NCBI GenBank assembly: GCA_035500675.1
Contig: DATJXA010000032.1
Span: 1,021 to 65,020, forward strand
Length of the DNA stretch: 64,000 nt
DNA from: Bacteroidota bacterium
Lineage (GTDB): Bacteria > Bacteroidota > Ignavibacteria > UBA10030 > UBA8401
Direction: 5' to 3'
This document shows, piece after piece, positions 10,601 to 18,365 of the stretch. The position numbers and the translations under genes are program-made. Within the stretch, counting starts at the first letter, position 1; each line of letters begins with the position of its first letter. The notes below the pieces were generated by a model. It was not told the DNA's origin. It was given only the letters and a program-made list of their open reading frames with translations, and searched no databases.

Positions 10601-11641
10601 AAATTCGGAGATCCCCATCTCGATCCGTTTTGCGTCCCCTTCTGCGGTCTCGTCCTTGATCGGCTTGTTTGTGCTTCCATCCCAGAATTCGAAATCGACG
10701 GCGGTCGTTCCTTTGTACTGATGGGTCACGCCGTGCATGACGATCGTCCCGCCGTTCTTCACCATATACTTGATCGCATCGACAAAATCCGGCTTATCGG
10801 ACAAACTGACGCGGATCCCTTCGGACGGGTCGACGTAGAACGGGATGACTCCGACAAGGAACGGGATCCCGCGCGACGAAAGAATGTCGGCAATGTCGCG
10901 GAGCCGGTCGGGGTCTTGCAACGGGTCGACATCCTCGATGCGGATAAGCGCCGAGTGCGATTCTTCATGCTGTTCGTGGAGAATGTCGTGGAGCATGTCG
11001 GCAAAAAGCAGGTACCGGTCGTTTTCGGTCGCAGACGCGAACGGCGAGTCGGCGATGTACATCAAATTTTTAGATTTAACGATATACGGAATTTCTCTCC
11101 TTGTCTTCGACGAGTATGCGACTGCAAGAACGTCGACGATTTTATGGTTCGTAATTTCGATGATATTGGCGTTCGGCTCCCCTTTCGTGAACACCTTGTT
11201 CCCCGATTTCACAAAATCGAAATTGTTGAGCGAGTCGAGCGTCGATACGATAAAGCCGAATTTCTTACGGAGGTCGTATGAGTGCGAGAACTCGATCATC
11301 CCGGTGTTCATCCAGATGACGGGGTGGTTCGTCATGAAGACGTCGTCCGTAAACCGTGAAGGTACCGGGTCGCGTCCGTTGAAACCGATGTAGAACGTGT
11401 AGTCAAAATTATTCAGCTCGCCCGGGAAATACTTGTTCACCCCTTTGAGCGTGACGGCCGTGTTGAAATGGCCCATGAGGTCTGCAAGCTGTCGCCCGTC
11501 TCCCATGGCGTAGTTTTTCAGCTCGGAATTGCCTTCGACGAGAATGAGAATTTTCTTGAGGGGATAGTCTTGGCCGGCGCTGGGGAACGAAAGGATTGCG
11601 ATCGATGTGAGGATGAACGCAAATCGAATATATTTCTTCAT
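7688..11641 (-). CDS. 1317-aa exported polysaccharide-modifying protein: DUF2334/CE4-like deacetylase-like domain, a putative TIM-barrel glycosidase-like region and a C-terminal single TM anchor
   Basis: Signal peptide MKKYIRFAFILTSIAILSFPSAGQ. A segment LIRIEDVDPLQDPDRL…VGVIPFYVDPSEG…MHGVTHQY resembles DUF2334/polysaccharide-deacetylase-like proteins. A central ~400-aa region (…VVHVAGWNQFPKYTYDY…LVYAWLEPPQ…DWDGVNLAELYFE…) has TIM-barrel hydrolase character. The C-terminal hydrophobic anchor is AIVIFGFLAVTSLFLMYIML. Functional assignment comes from motif recall, not a search. Confidence 0.5.
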   Translation of the reverse strand: MKKYIRFAFILTSIAILSFPSAGQDYPLKKILILVEGNSELKNYAMGDGRQLADLMGHFNTAVTLKGVNKYFPGELNNFDYTFYIGFNGRDPVPSRFTDDVFMTNHPVIWMNTGMIEFSHSYDLRKKFGFIVSTLDSLNNFDFVKSGNKVFTKGEPNANIIEITNHKIVDVLAVAYSSKTRREIPYIVKSKNLMYIADSPFASATENDRYLLFADMLHDILHEQHEESHSALIRIEDVDPLQDPDRLRDIADILSSRGIPFLVGVIPFYVDPSEGIRVSLSDKPDFVDAIKYMVKNGGTIVMHGVTHQYKGTTAVDFEFWDGSTNKPIKDETAEGDAKRIEMGISEFMKNGLSPLIWETPHYTASFTFYNTISKYFSTAMEQRLSIEDADYSQYFPYIINKDLFGQKIYPENLGYVPLNPNKAESEAYVRNIIKNAKTNLYVRDGFASVFFHPFLDLDLLKQLVDGIQKLGYTYIDLGEQKNWVKTKDRIILTGSQSYTLHLDDQYLYESYFDRSGEIKSKSVSDHRIKGLFTKYIDLEPGEVYKAEPTEFRERPLSFFEKTAYNVEKFYDNVFAKDEAWNDIRPVILWNHHVKGAAFHDESSLASVFRSVNIQVDTIFVGQSIDLKRYNLLIAPYAFIDSLKQTDYDLISDFVQNGGNIITDTKNDLAEALGISFTKTRVRVGRIRDRYFPEERIVWRYPELVSKFETDGVDEVFCVDDVTETPMVIGKNVGKGKLIFFNSRFDSYSQGGYSQYPYLLEYVRKYFHLRPIVRRENLEMYFDPGFRKTYSIESLVKQWAREGIRVVHVAGWNQFPKYTYDYTRLITLAHANGMLVYAWLEPPQVSKKFWDEHPQWREKNYKGDDIPPMWRYAVALEDDSCLAAMTEEYTKILNAYDWDGVNLAELYFEAGKGFDNPLIFAPMHPSAQKEVKKKYGFDLAAIFNPQSPFYWKTNPSAKNAVVEYRVEQLTKAYETFLTAFADIAHGKPGFQTIVTAMDSYGSPELREYLGVDMGQVIALQKKYGFVLQVEDPENLWSTDPGRYIEIGKRYASMIGDEDKLSLDLNILSFRKKESITPFPTLIQTGTESFDLVNAAALGAPRVTIYSESSVNPQDMSFFANALAARVHYTYTDDGYTLTSPYSVECRMPKTVSEIDVDGVALSPFGENSYMIPAGEHHITLDRKPANTFSTHELQAKIMSFTGNILSSSHGLRDITFEYQSDTRAIATFNVAPSSVTVDQEDYPFTVMRGNDCFSIFLPPGQHAVELTAGDQFSFGVNVTSLWSTTAIVIFGFLAVTSLFLMYIMLKVVKRNYASRKAA

Positions 11642-11652
11642 CTTTTGTGAAA

Positions 11653-12804
11653 TTACCGTGGTCTGAATTCGCGAATAATGCTTCGAGAGTAACCGAAATA
11701 TTTTTTTATGATGGCGACCGTCCTTTGCGCGGCGCGGCCGTCGCCGTAAGGGTTCGTTGCAGAGGCCATTGCCGCGTACGCCGCTTTGTTCTCGATGAGT
11801 TTCTTTGCCGCATCCAGTATTTTCTTTTTGTCGAGACCGACAAGTTTAACGGTGCCGAAGTCGACGGCCTCGGGCCTCTCGGTGACCTCCCGCAACACGA
11901 GAATCGGTTTTCCGAGGGACGGGCCTTCTTCCTGAACTCCTCCCGAATCGGTGATGATGAGAAACGACCGCGCCATGAGGTTCACAAAGTCCAAATAATC
12001 GAGCGGCTCGATGAGAAAAACATTGCTCATGGATCCGAGGACGCCGTAAACGACCTCACGCACGCGCGGGTTAAGGTGAACGGGAAAAATAAAATTCATC
12101 CCGCGGTATCGTGCGGCAAGCTCTTTGACCGCCTCGCATGCATTGCGCATCGGCTCGCCCCAGTTTTCACGCCGATGCATCGTGAGAAGAACTATCCGTT
12201 TGTTTTCTGCGGTGAGACGGTTCAACGTATGAATGCCGAAGGCATATTTTTTTTTGACGGAGAGCTTTAACGCGTCGATAACGGAGTTCCCCGTCACGTA
12301 CACTCTCGAACGGTCGACGTGTTCGTGAAGCAGCGCTTTCCGCGCTGTGTCAGTCGGAGCAAAATGGATGTCCGCGATGCAGCTCGTGAGCCGCCGGTTG
12401 ATCTCCTCAGGAAAAGGGTTCGCTTTATCGTGCGTGCGCAAGCCGGCTTCAACATGCCCGACCGGGATCTGCCTGTAGAATGCGGCAAGACCTCCGACGA
12501 ACGTCGTCGTCGTATCCCCCTGCACAAGGACGAGGTCCGGCAATTCTTTTTGAAGCACCTCATCGAGCGCGACGATGGTGTTCTGCGTCAACGTTGCGAG
12601 GGACTGCTTCGGCTGCATGATATTTAAATCATAATCCGGCGCGATGTCAAAGACGTCGAGCACCTGGTCGAGCATATGGCGATGCTGGGCCGTCGCGATT
12701 GTCACAATGGTGAAAAATCTTTTCTCCCTTCTCAATGCGAGAATGATCGGGGCAAGTTTGATAGTGTCGGGGCGCGTCCCAAAAATGACGGCGATCTTCT
12801 TCAA
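11653..12804 (-). CDS. wecB: UDP-N-acetylglucosamine 2-epimerase (non-hydrolysing)
   Basis: 383 aa beginning MKKIAVIFGTRPDTIKLAPII, with …HVEAGLRT…, …TDSGGVQEE… and …NPYGDG… signature stretches. It lies 11 nt upstream of the 1317-aa gene. Confidence 0.92.
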   Translation of the reverse strand: MKKIAVIFGTRPDTIKLAPIILALRREKRFFTIVTIATAQHRHMLDQVLDVFDIAPDYDLNIMQPKQSLATLTQNTIVALDEVLQKELPDLVLVQGDTTTTFVGGLAAFYRQIPVGHVEAGLRTHDKANPFPEEINRRLTSCIADIHFAPTDTARKALLHEHVDRSRVYVTGNSVIDALKLSVKKKYAFGIHTLNRLTAENKRIVLLTMHRRENWGEPMRNACEAVKELAARYRGMNFIFPVHLNPRVREVVYGVLGSMSNVFLIEPLDYLDFVNLMARSFLIITDSGGVQEEGPSLGKPILVLREVTERPEAVDFGTVKLVGLDKKKILDAAKKLIENKAAYAAMASATNPYGDGRAAQRTVAIIKKYFGYSRSIIREFRPR

Positions 12805-13119
12805 TACGTTCTCCGGGAATGACGCTTTTTCTGTACCTTGCAGCGGGGCGTTCTATGGGTATGACGCTGAAGAAATACAGGGGCAACAGCTCGAAAACCT
12901 CCACGTCAATAAAATATGAATATTTCATCTCTATTGCTGTTAAAAAATCTTAAGAAAACAAACGCCGGACGCCGTTTTTGAGCCGCATTATGCACAACGC
13001 GCATTCCAAGCGACCTTGAAATTAAGGTATAGTCTTTCTATCTTCATACACCTATGGACGCCCCCTTGTCTCTTTGAGTTCCGCGTTCAAAGAGCCTCTC
13101 CAGGAAGAGAAGCACGACC

Positions 13120-14589
13120 ATGAATCCAACACTCGAAAAAATCGCCAAGCATCTTCGCAATGCGGAAGATTTTATCCGCTCGCGGCGTTATTCGGAAGCG
13201 ATGATCGAAGTCGAGTACATCTTCCAGATCGACCCGAAAAATTATCAGGGACGTACGCTTCAAGAACGAATTCGCTCGCTGCAGAAAAAGGAAGAGGATG
13301 CGGCAAAAAATCCCGTCGTGACCACACTTTCTCGAGAAGGCATCTACCGACATCTGAGACTTGCCGAAGAGCATTATCTTGGCGGGCGTTACGACGAAGC
13401 GCTCATCGAAACAGAACGGGTGCTCCAGAGCGACGCCGATAATTATCAGGCCCGGTCGATGATGGATCGGATCCACGCGGGGCAGAAAAAAATGGAATCC
13501 GTTCTTCAGCAGCGGAACCAAACGCAAGCGCTCTCGCTGGACAGAAGGATCCAATTAATCTCTCAGTTCCTGAAGGAAGCGGACAAGTTCATTCAGCAAC
13601 AGGAGTACCGTCTGGCGCTGGAACAGGTCGCAAAGGTCTTCAACCTTGATCCGACGAATCATTTTGCGCAGGCATACTCGCAGAGCATCGAAATGATGAT
13701 GAAGAAGCCGCCTGCGCCAAAGGTTGCACCTCATCCACAGCCGCCTCGTCCGGCTGCGGCGGCTCCTCCTCCAACACCGCCTCAACCTCCAAAAGCTCCA
13801 GACACACCCGCACCTCCGCCGGTAGCACAGCCGCAAGCGGCGCCACCGCCAATCCCGGCTCCTCCACCGAAGCCGCTCCCGCAGGAAGCTCCCGCGGATT
13901 TGGACGGAAGAGTAAAGATGTACCGCGAGATCCTCAACGAAATGTGGTTTGACGGCATGCTTTCGGAAAAAGAAATTGCCGAATTGAAAAAAGTACGGAG
14001 TCTATTCAACATCACCGACGAACAGCACGCTCAACTCGAAAAGGAGATCAAGACCGAGGCGTACGTCGAAGCTCTTCGTATCGTCTTGCACGACGGCGTC
14101 GTGAGCCAGAACGAGGAACGTGTCCTTGAACTGATGCGCAAGCGTTACGGCATTACGATGGACGAACACAACAGTGCTCAGGCGAAAATTCTCGAAGCAA
14201 AACGCGCGCCGTCGTCCGCCCAATCGCTTCTTATTGTGGATGATGAAAGAACGATCCTCTTGACGTACGCGGCCATCCTTCGGAGACACGGATATATGGT
14301 GTTTACCGCCGAGACGATACACGACGCGATGGTGATCCTCGAGAAACAAACTCCCGACCTTATTCTGTCCGACGTCATGTTCCCCTCGCCGACAGAAGGC
14401 GGCTTTGAGTTTTATAACCAGATTCGGAATAATGCCCGTTTCAACAAAGTCCCGTTTCTTCTCATGTCGGGAATCGACGATGAATTCGTCGTACGCGCCG
14501 GTATGAGGCTGGGCATCGACGGCTATCTCACCAAGCCGTTTGATAACGAACTGCTCCTTGCAACAATCGAGGGGAAACTGAAGCGCTAG
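13120..14589 (+). CDS. Atypical response regulator: three ~55-aa TPR-like repeats, a Pro-rich linker, a TerB/DjlA-N-like helical region and a C-terminal receiver (REC) domain
   Basis: Repeats of the form …HLRxAExxxxxxRYxEAxIExExxxQxDxxNYQxR…. The linker is PAPKVAPHPQPPRPAAAAPPPTPPQPPKAPDTPAPPP…. The REC domain is LLIVDDERTILLTYAAILRRHGYMVFTAE…DLILSDVMFP…LTKPF, with a phospho-acceptor Asp present and no DNA-binding output domain. It is transcribed divergently from wecB. Confidence 0.7.
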   Translation: MNPTLEKIAKHLRNAEDFIRSRRYSEAMIEVEYIFQIDPKNYQGRTLQERIRSLQKKEEDAAKNPVVTTLSREGIYRHLRLAEEHYLGGRYDEALIETERVLQSDADNYQARSMMDRIHAGQKKMESVLQQRNQTQALSLDRRIQLISQFLKEADKFIQQQEYRLALEQVAKVFNLDPTNHFAQAYSQSIEMMMKKPPAPKVAPHPQPPRPAAAAPPPTPPQPPKAPDTPAPPPVAQPQAAPPPIPAPPPKPLPQEAPADLDGRVKMYREILNEMWFDGMLSEKEIAELKKVRSLFNITDEQHAQLEKEIKTEAYVEALRIVLHDGVVSQNEERVLELMRKRYGITMDEHNSAQAKILEAKRAPSSAQSLLIVDDERTILLTYAAILRRHGYMVFTAETIHDAMVILEKQTPDLILSDVMFPSPTEGGFEFYNQIRNNARFNKVPFLLMSGIDDEFVVRAGMRLGIDGYLTKPFDNELLLATIEGKLKR

Positions 14590-14661
14590 GCCGTCCTTCA
14601 CGCTTCGGTATTGACCTGCTTTAAACCGCTAGCTGTTTTCCACAATCATCAGGGGGGCCTC

Positions 14662-17600
14662 ATGATCCGCAAAGCGTTGTACTCGGCTGTATTGTTTTCC
14701 CTTTTATTTCCTCTCTCTTTACGCTCGCAGAATATGTCGTTTCCGTATGTCGAGCAATTTGACACTGTTTCTGCGCCGGGTTTGCCGACGGGATGGATTT
14801 CAACGACGAATAAATCTGCCTCCGGTGATTTTGTCATTTCGTCCTCGACTCCGTACAGCAGTCCGAACGATGTCGTCACGACCGATGCAAAGGTCGCTCA
14901 AAGTCTCCTCTCGCCGCAAATCGATTTCACCAGAATGATCGTTGGGTCGCTCGAGTACCGTGAGCGGCGGACATCATCCCATAATTCGGGGTTGATCGTT
15001 GAAGCGGTGCTCGATAACGATACTTCTTCCGCTATCGTTTTGGGCGATACGCTGAAAAATCCGGGAAGCACAAGTTACGTCCTCCGGAGCTTCACACTGC
15101 CGCAATCCCTGAATGGCCGTCCAAACGTGCGCTTCCGTTGGCGCGTGGTGGGAAACGGAACCGGATCGACGGGAACATTGCGTATCGATGATGTAGAGAT
15201 CACGGTTCAAAAACAGCGCGACCTTGCGATCACAGCTCTTCAGCTCCAGCCCGCAACGGTCCGAAGCGGACAAACTGTGACGGTCTTTGTCGGCGTCTCC
15301 AACCGGGCGCTTGGCGGTACTTTTTCATTCTCCGTTCAACTATTCGACGATAAGGATGTGGATTTACCCGGTGCGTCGGCAAAAAAAGTCGATGAGTTGG
15401 ATATCGTCCGCATCTTTGCCGCCGCGGAATCGACCACGTTTACACTCAACTATCCTAACGTCGCTCCGGGAAGTCACCGCCTGATCGTTCAACTAAATTT
15501 TGCCGGGGATGAGGATACGACGAATAACACCGCCGCAAAAACAATTCTCGTCGGTTATTCTCCGCGTTCAGTGCTTATCAACGAAATAATGTTCGCTCCG
15601 ACCGCGGGCCCTGAGTGGGTTGAGTATATCAACAACTCTTCAGATTCAATCCCGCTTGCGCAATGGAAGATGGGAGACAACTCGGGCACGCGAGCGACGC
15701 TCACTTCGCAATCCATACAAATCCCACCCAAGCAATTCTTCATCGTTGCCAAAGACACCTCCATCTTTTCGGCATTTCCGTCTATTATATGCCCGGTTGT
15801 CGCTGCGTCATTTCCGGCATTGAATAACGACGGAGATGCCGTCGTTGTCGAAGACCCTGCCGGGTTCACGATCGACAGCGTCGCGTACTCATCCGCATGG
15901 GGAGGCACAGGAGGGAGGTCGCTCGAAAGAATCGATACGGCAGACGCTTCGAACTCTCCATCCAATTGGGGAAGTTCACGCAGCACTTACGGCGCAACGC
16001 CGGGACGCATCAATAGCCTGACGAAAAAAGAGTACGATGTATCGGTCTCAGGGATTTCTTTATCTAATCCGCAGCTCGATATCGGCCAAGCGTTTCAAGT
16101 CACCGCGACAATTAAGAACGTCGGACGCGAACCTTTGTCTGCGATCTCGGCGCAGTTCTTTCTGGATGAGAACAACGATTCGATCCCTCAATCCGACGAA
16201 TTGGTTGGGCAGAACACGATCAACCAGCTCATGCCCGCGGATTCGCAGGCCGTTTTACAAACGCTGAAACTGACCTCACAAGGAAAACACCGGATCATTG
16301 CCGTTGCCGGCGTTGAACGTGACGATGATTCTTCAAACAACAGCGTGGCGATCTCGTTTGAGACGGGCATTGCGTCCCATTCCATGATCATCAATGAAAT
16401 TATGTACGCGCCGCCCGGAAATATGCCCGAATGGATCGAGCTCTATAACGCCGATACGATTGCCGTTGACCTTGCAGGATGGAAGGTATCCGATTCAAAC
16501 ATAAAGTCCAGGGCGTCCGTGACAGGCCGCCAAACAAAGGTCGGCCCGGGCAGTTATTGTGTGGTGAGTTCCGATTCAACGCTCGGAAATTTTTATTCGG
16601 TGACCGTCCCGCTTCTTGTTTCATCCTTCCCGGCGCTTAACAACAGCACGGCCGACGCGGTTGTTCTCTACGACGACCGTGGACTGACCATCGATAGCGT
16701 GTGGTACAAACCATCGTGGGGCGGATCGAACGGCCGATCACTGGAGCGTGTAGACTATCTTGCCTCATCGGTCGATTCATCAAATTGGAGGAATTCTCCG
16801 CCGACGCCGGGGGCCGAAAACAGCGTTGCGAAGAAAAATTTCGACCTCGAGGTCGCGAGCTTTGACGGAGTGTTGAATCAACATGGGTTGTATTTATCCG
16901 CAACAGTCCATAATGCGGGAAGAAAGCCCGCAACGGCGTTCCGCGTTCAATTTTTCCTCGACCGTAACCGGGATCATACCGGTTCGCCGGAAGAATTATT
17001 GTATAGCGTCGATGAGCCGATGCTCGCATCTGGAGATTCACTCACGGTCGAATACGAATGGCGATCTGAGGTTGAAGGCGCGATCCCTTTTGTGTGCGTT
17101 GTAGATTTTCCGGAGGATGAACGGCCGTCAAACAACATAAAAAACGGATTGTTCTCAAACAGTTTTATGCCGCAATCGGTTATCATCAACGAAATAATGT
17201 ACGACCCGCTCCCCGGCCGATCGGAATTCGTTGAACTCTTCAACCGGAGCGGCGATACGCTCGACCTTCAGGGCTGGAAAATGATGGACACGCCGACGAG
17301 CTCCGGCAACAGAACGGTCACACGGATTGCAGATACGTCTTTTCTTTTGCGGCCTGGGGAGTTCCTTGTCATCGGAGCCGATTCGACGCTCTTGATTCAA
17401 TTTCCAAACCTTTCCAGCCTTCCCGATGGCAAAGTAATTATTGCCGGCAGTGATCTCTCCTTGAATAATTCAGGCGATGATATTATTCTCGTCGATTTGA
17501 CGGGAACGAAAATCGACAGTGTGCGATATTCGCCGTCGTGGCACAACCCGGGTCTTCATATTTCAACTTCCGGCAAATCGCTCGAGCGGATCAATCCTTC

Positions 17601-18021
17601 TCTCGGAAGCAACGACCGTCAAAATTGGAGCACTTCGATCGCCTCACAGGGCGGGACTCCGGGGGAACAAAATAGCATTTACACGAACGTTATTCCTTCG
17701 ACAGCACAGCTTCGTCTGTCTCCGAACCCTTTTTCCCCGGACGGTGACGGCGTTGAGGATTTTCTTTCTGTCGCGTATGCCCTTCCCATGACAGTATCGA
17801 TGATCCGCGTTCGATGCTTCGACGTCCAGGGACGGCTGGTAAGAACGCTTGCCAACAATGAACCCGCCGCCGCAACGGGAACTATTCTCTGGGACGGACT
17901 GGACGATGCTCAGCGGCGCGTGAGAATCGGGATGTATATTATTCTTTTCGAGGCGCTCGATCAGAACGGAGGCGTTCTGAGAACGATGAAAGATGTTGCC
18001 GTCGTCGCACGGAAATTATAA
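14662..18021 (+). CDS. Large secreted protein with three lamin-tail-domain (LTD) repeats interleaved with CARDB-like Ig modules and a C-terminal FlgD-Ig/gliding-CTD-like domain
   Basis: The ORF track begins at 14611, but a signal peptide (MIRKALYSAVLFSLLFPLSLRSQ) starts at 14662 after a G-rich RBS. The LTD signature (V/M)xINEIM(Y/F)xP…EW(I/V)ELxN…(L/I)xGWK appears three times. It alternates with …NNDGDAVV…IDSVxYSxSWGG…GRSLERID… blocks and CARDB-like 'DLAITALQLQP…GQTVTV' modules. The C-terminus is SPNPFSPDGDGVEDF…. Confidence 0.7.
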   Translation: MIRKALYSAVLFSLLFPLSLRSQNMSFPYVEQFDTVSAPGLPTGWISTTNKSASGDFVISSSTPYSSPNDVVTTDAKVAQSLLSPQIDFTRMIVGSLEYRERRTSSHNSGLIVEAVLDNDTSSAIVLGDTLKNPGSTSYVLRSFTLPQSLNGRPNVRFRWRVVGNGTGSTGTLRIDDVEITVQKQRDLAITALQLQPATVRSGQTVTVFVGVSNRALGGTFSFSVQLFDDKDVDLPGASAKKVDELDIVRIFAAAESTTFTLNYPNVAPGSHRLIVQLNFAGDEDTTNNTAAKTILVGYSPRSVLINEIMFAPTAGPEWVEYINNSSDSIPLAQWKMGDNSGTRATLTSQSIQIPPKQFFIVAKDTSIFSAFPSIICPVVAASFPALNNDGDAVVVEDPAGFTIDSVAYSSAWGGTGGRSLERIDTADASNSPSNWGSSRSTYGATPGRINSLTKKEYDVSVSGISLSNPQLDIGQAFQVTATIKNVGREPLSAISAQFFLDENNDSIPQSDELVGQNTINQLMPADSQAVLQTLKLTSQGKHRIIAVAGVERDDDSSNNSVAISFETGIASHSMIINEIMYAPPGNMPEWIELYNADTIAVDLAGWKVSDSNIKSRASVTGRQTKVGPGSYCVVSSDSTLGNFYSVTVPLLVSSFPALNNSTADAVVLYDDRGLTIDSVWYKPSWGGSNGRSLERVDYLASSVDSSNWRNSPPTPGAENSVAKKNFDLEVASFDGVLNQHGLYLSATVHNAGRKPATAFRVQFFLDRNRDHTGSPEELLYSVDEPMLASGDSLTVEYEWRSEVEGAIPFVCVVDFPEDERPSNNIKNGLFSNSFMPQSVIINEIMYDPLPGRSEFVELFNRSGDTLDLQGWKMMDTPTSSGNRTVTRIADTSFLLRPGEFLVIGADSTLLIQFPNLSSLPDGKVIIAGSDLSLNNSGDDIILVDLTGTKIDSVRYSPSWHNPGLHISTSGKSLERINPSLGSNDRQNWSTSIASQGGTPGEQNSIYTNVIPSTAQLRLSPNPFSPDGDGVEDFLSVAYALPMTVSMIRVRCFDVQGRLVRTLANNEPAAATGTILWDGLDDAQRRVRIGMYIILFEALDQNGGVLRTMKDVAVVARKL

Positions 18022-18066
18022 ACACGTCCGGTTCAATATATGATAGTGGGTCACTTTGACGATTGA

Positions 18067-18156
18067 CCAGAAACCTTCCGAAGGCTTTTTGATCGAACCG
18101 TGAAGGAACTTTAGCATTCACTCATTATAATTAGAAAACCTTCGGAAGGTTTCTGA
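18067..18156. repeat. ~90-bp paired-hairpin intergenic element, copy 1
   Basis: AGAAACCTTCCGAAGGcTTTTTGA…AGCATTCacTCATT…AGAAAACCTTCGGAAGGTTTCTGAA. The two terminal hairpins are reverse complements of each other. A second copy with roughly 70% identity lies at 22526-22612. Confidence 0.6.
18069..18090 (+). terminator. Intrinsic terminator-like hairpin plus T-run immediately after the LTD gene; it also forms the left hairpin of a repeated element
   Basis: GAAACCTTCCGAAGGCTTTTT: a stem (AACCTTC/GAAGGCTT, one mismatch) with a CG loop, followed by TTTTT, 48 nt after the stop at 18021. Confidence 0.5.
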
Positions 18157-18365
18157 ATGTCTCCATTTGGTAGTGACGCATTTTGATCTTCTTAGCCCAT
18201 TCCATGCTGGATGCCCGCCAGAAACATGCGGGCATGACGCAAATTCGGGACCGTCATTCCCGAATGATTCTATCGGAAATCCAAAATGCGTCACGATCCT
18301 TCATTTGTATATCGTACTCCCCTTTTTTATATTAGTGCATTGTCAACTCTCTTTGTTCATCCCCA

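Noticed and set aside
7053-11393. Numerous plus-strand ORFs (for example 7053-7691, 8873-9640, 9677-10525, 10559-11281, 10845-11393)
   Set aside because: All lie antisense within the GT2 synthase and the 1317-aa gene. They have no motifs and no RBS context, and the coding-strand frames are continuous and motif-rich.
13555-14015. Minus-strand ORFs (13555-13836, 13640-13867, 13782-14015) with Pro/Ala/Gly-rich translations
   Set aside because: They are antisense artefacts of the proline-rich linker coding region of the response regulator gene (13120-14589).
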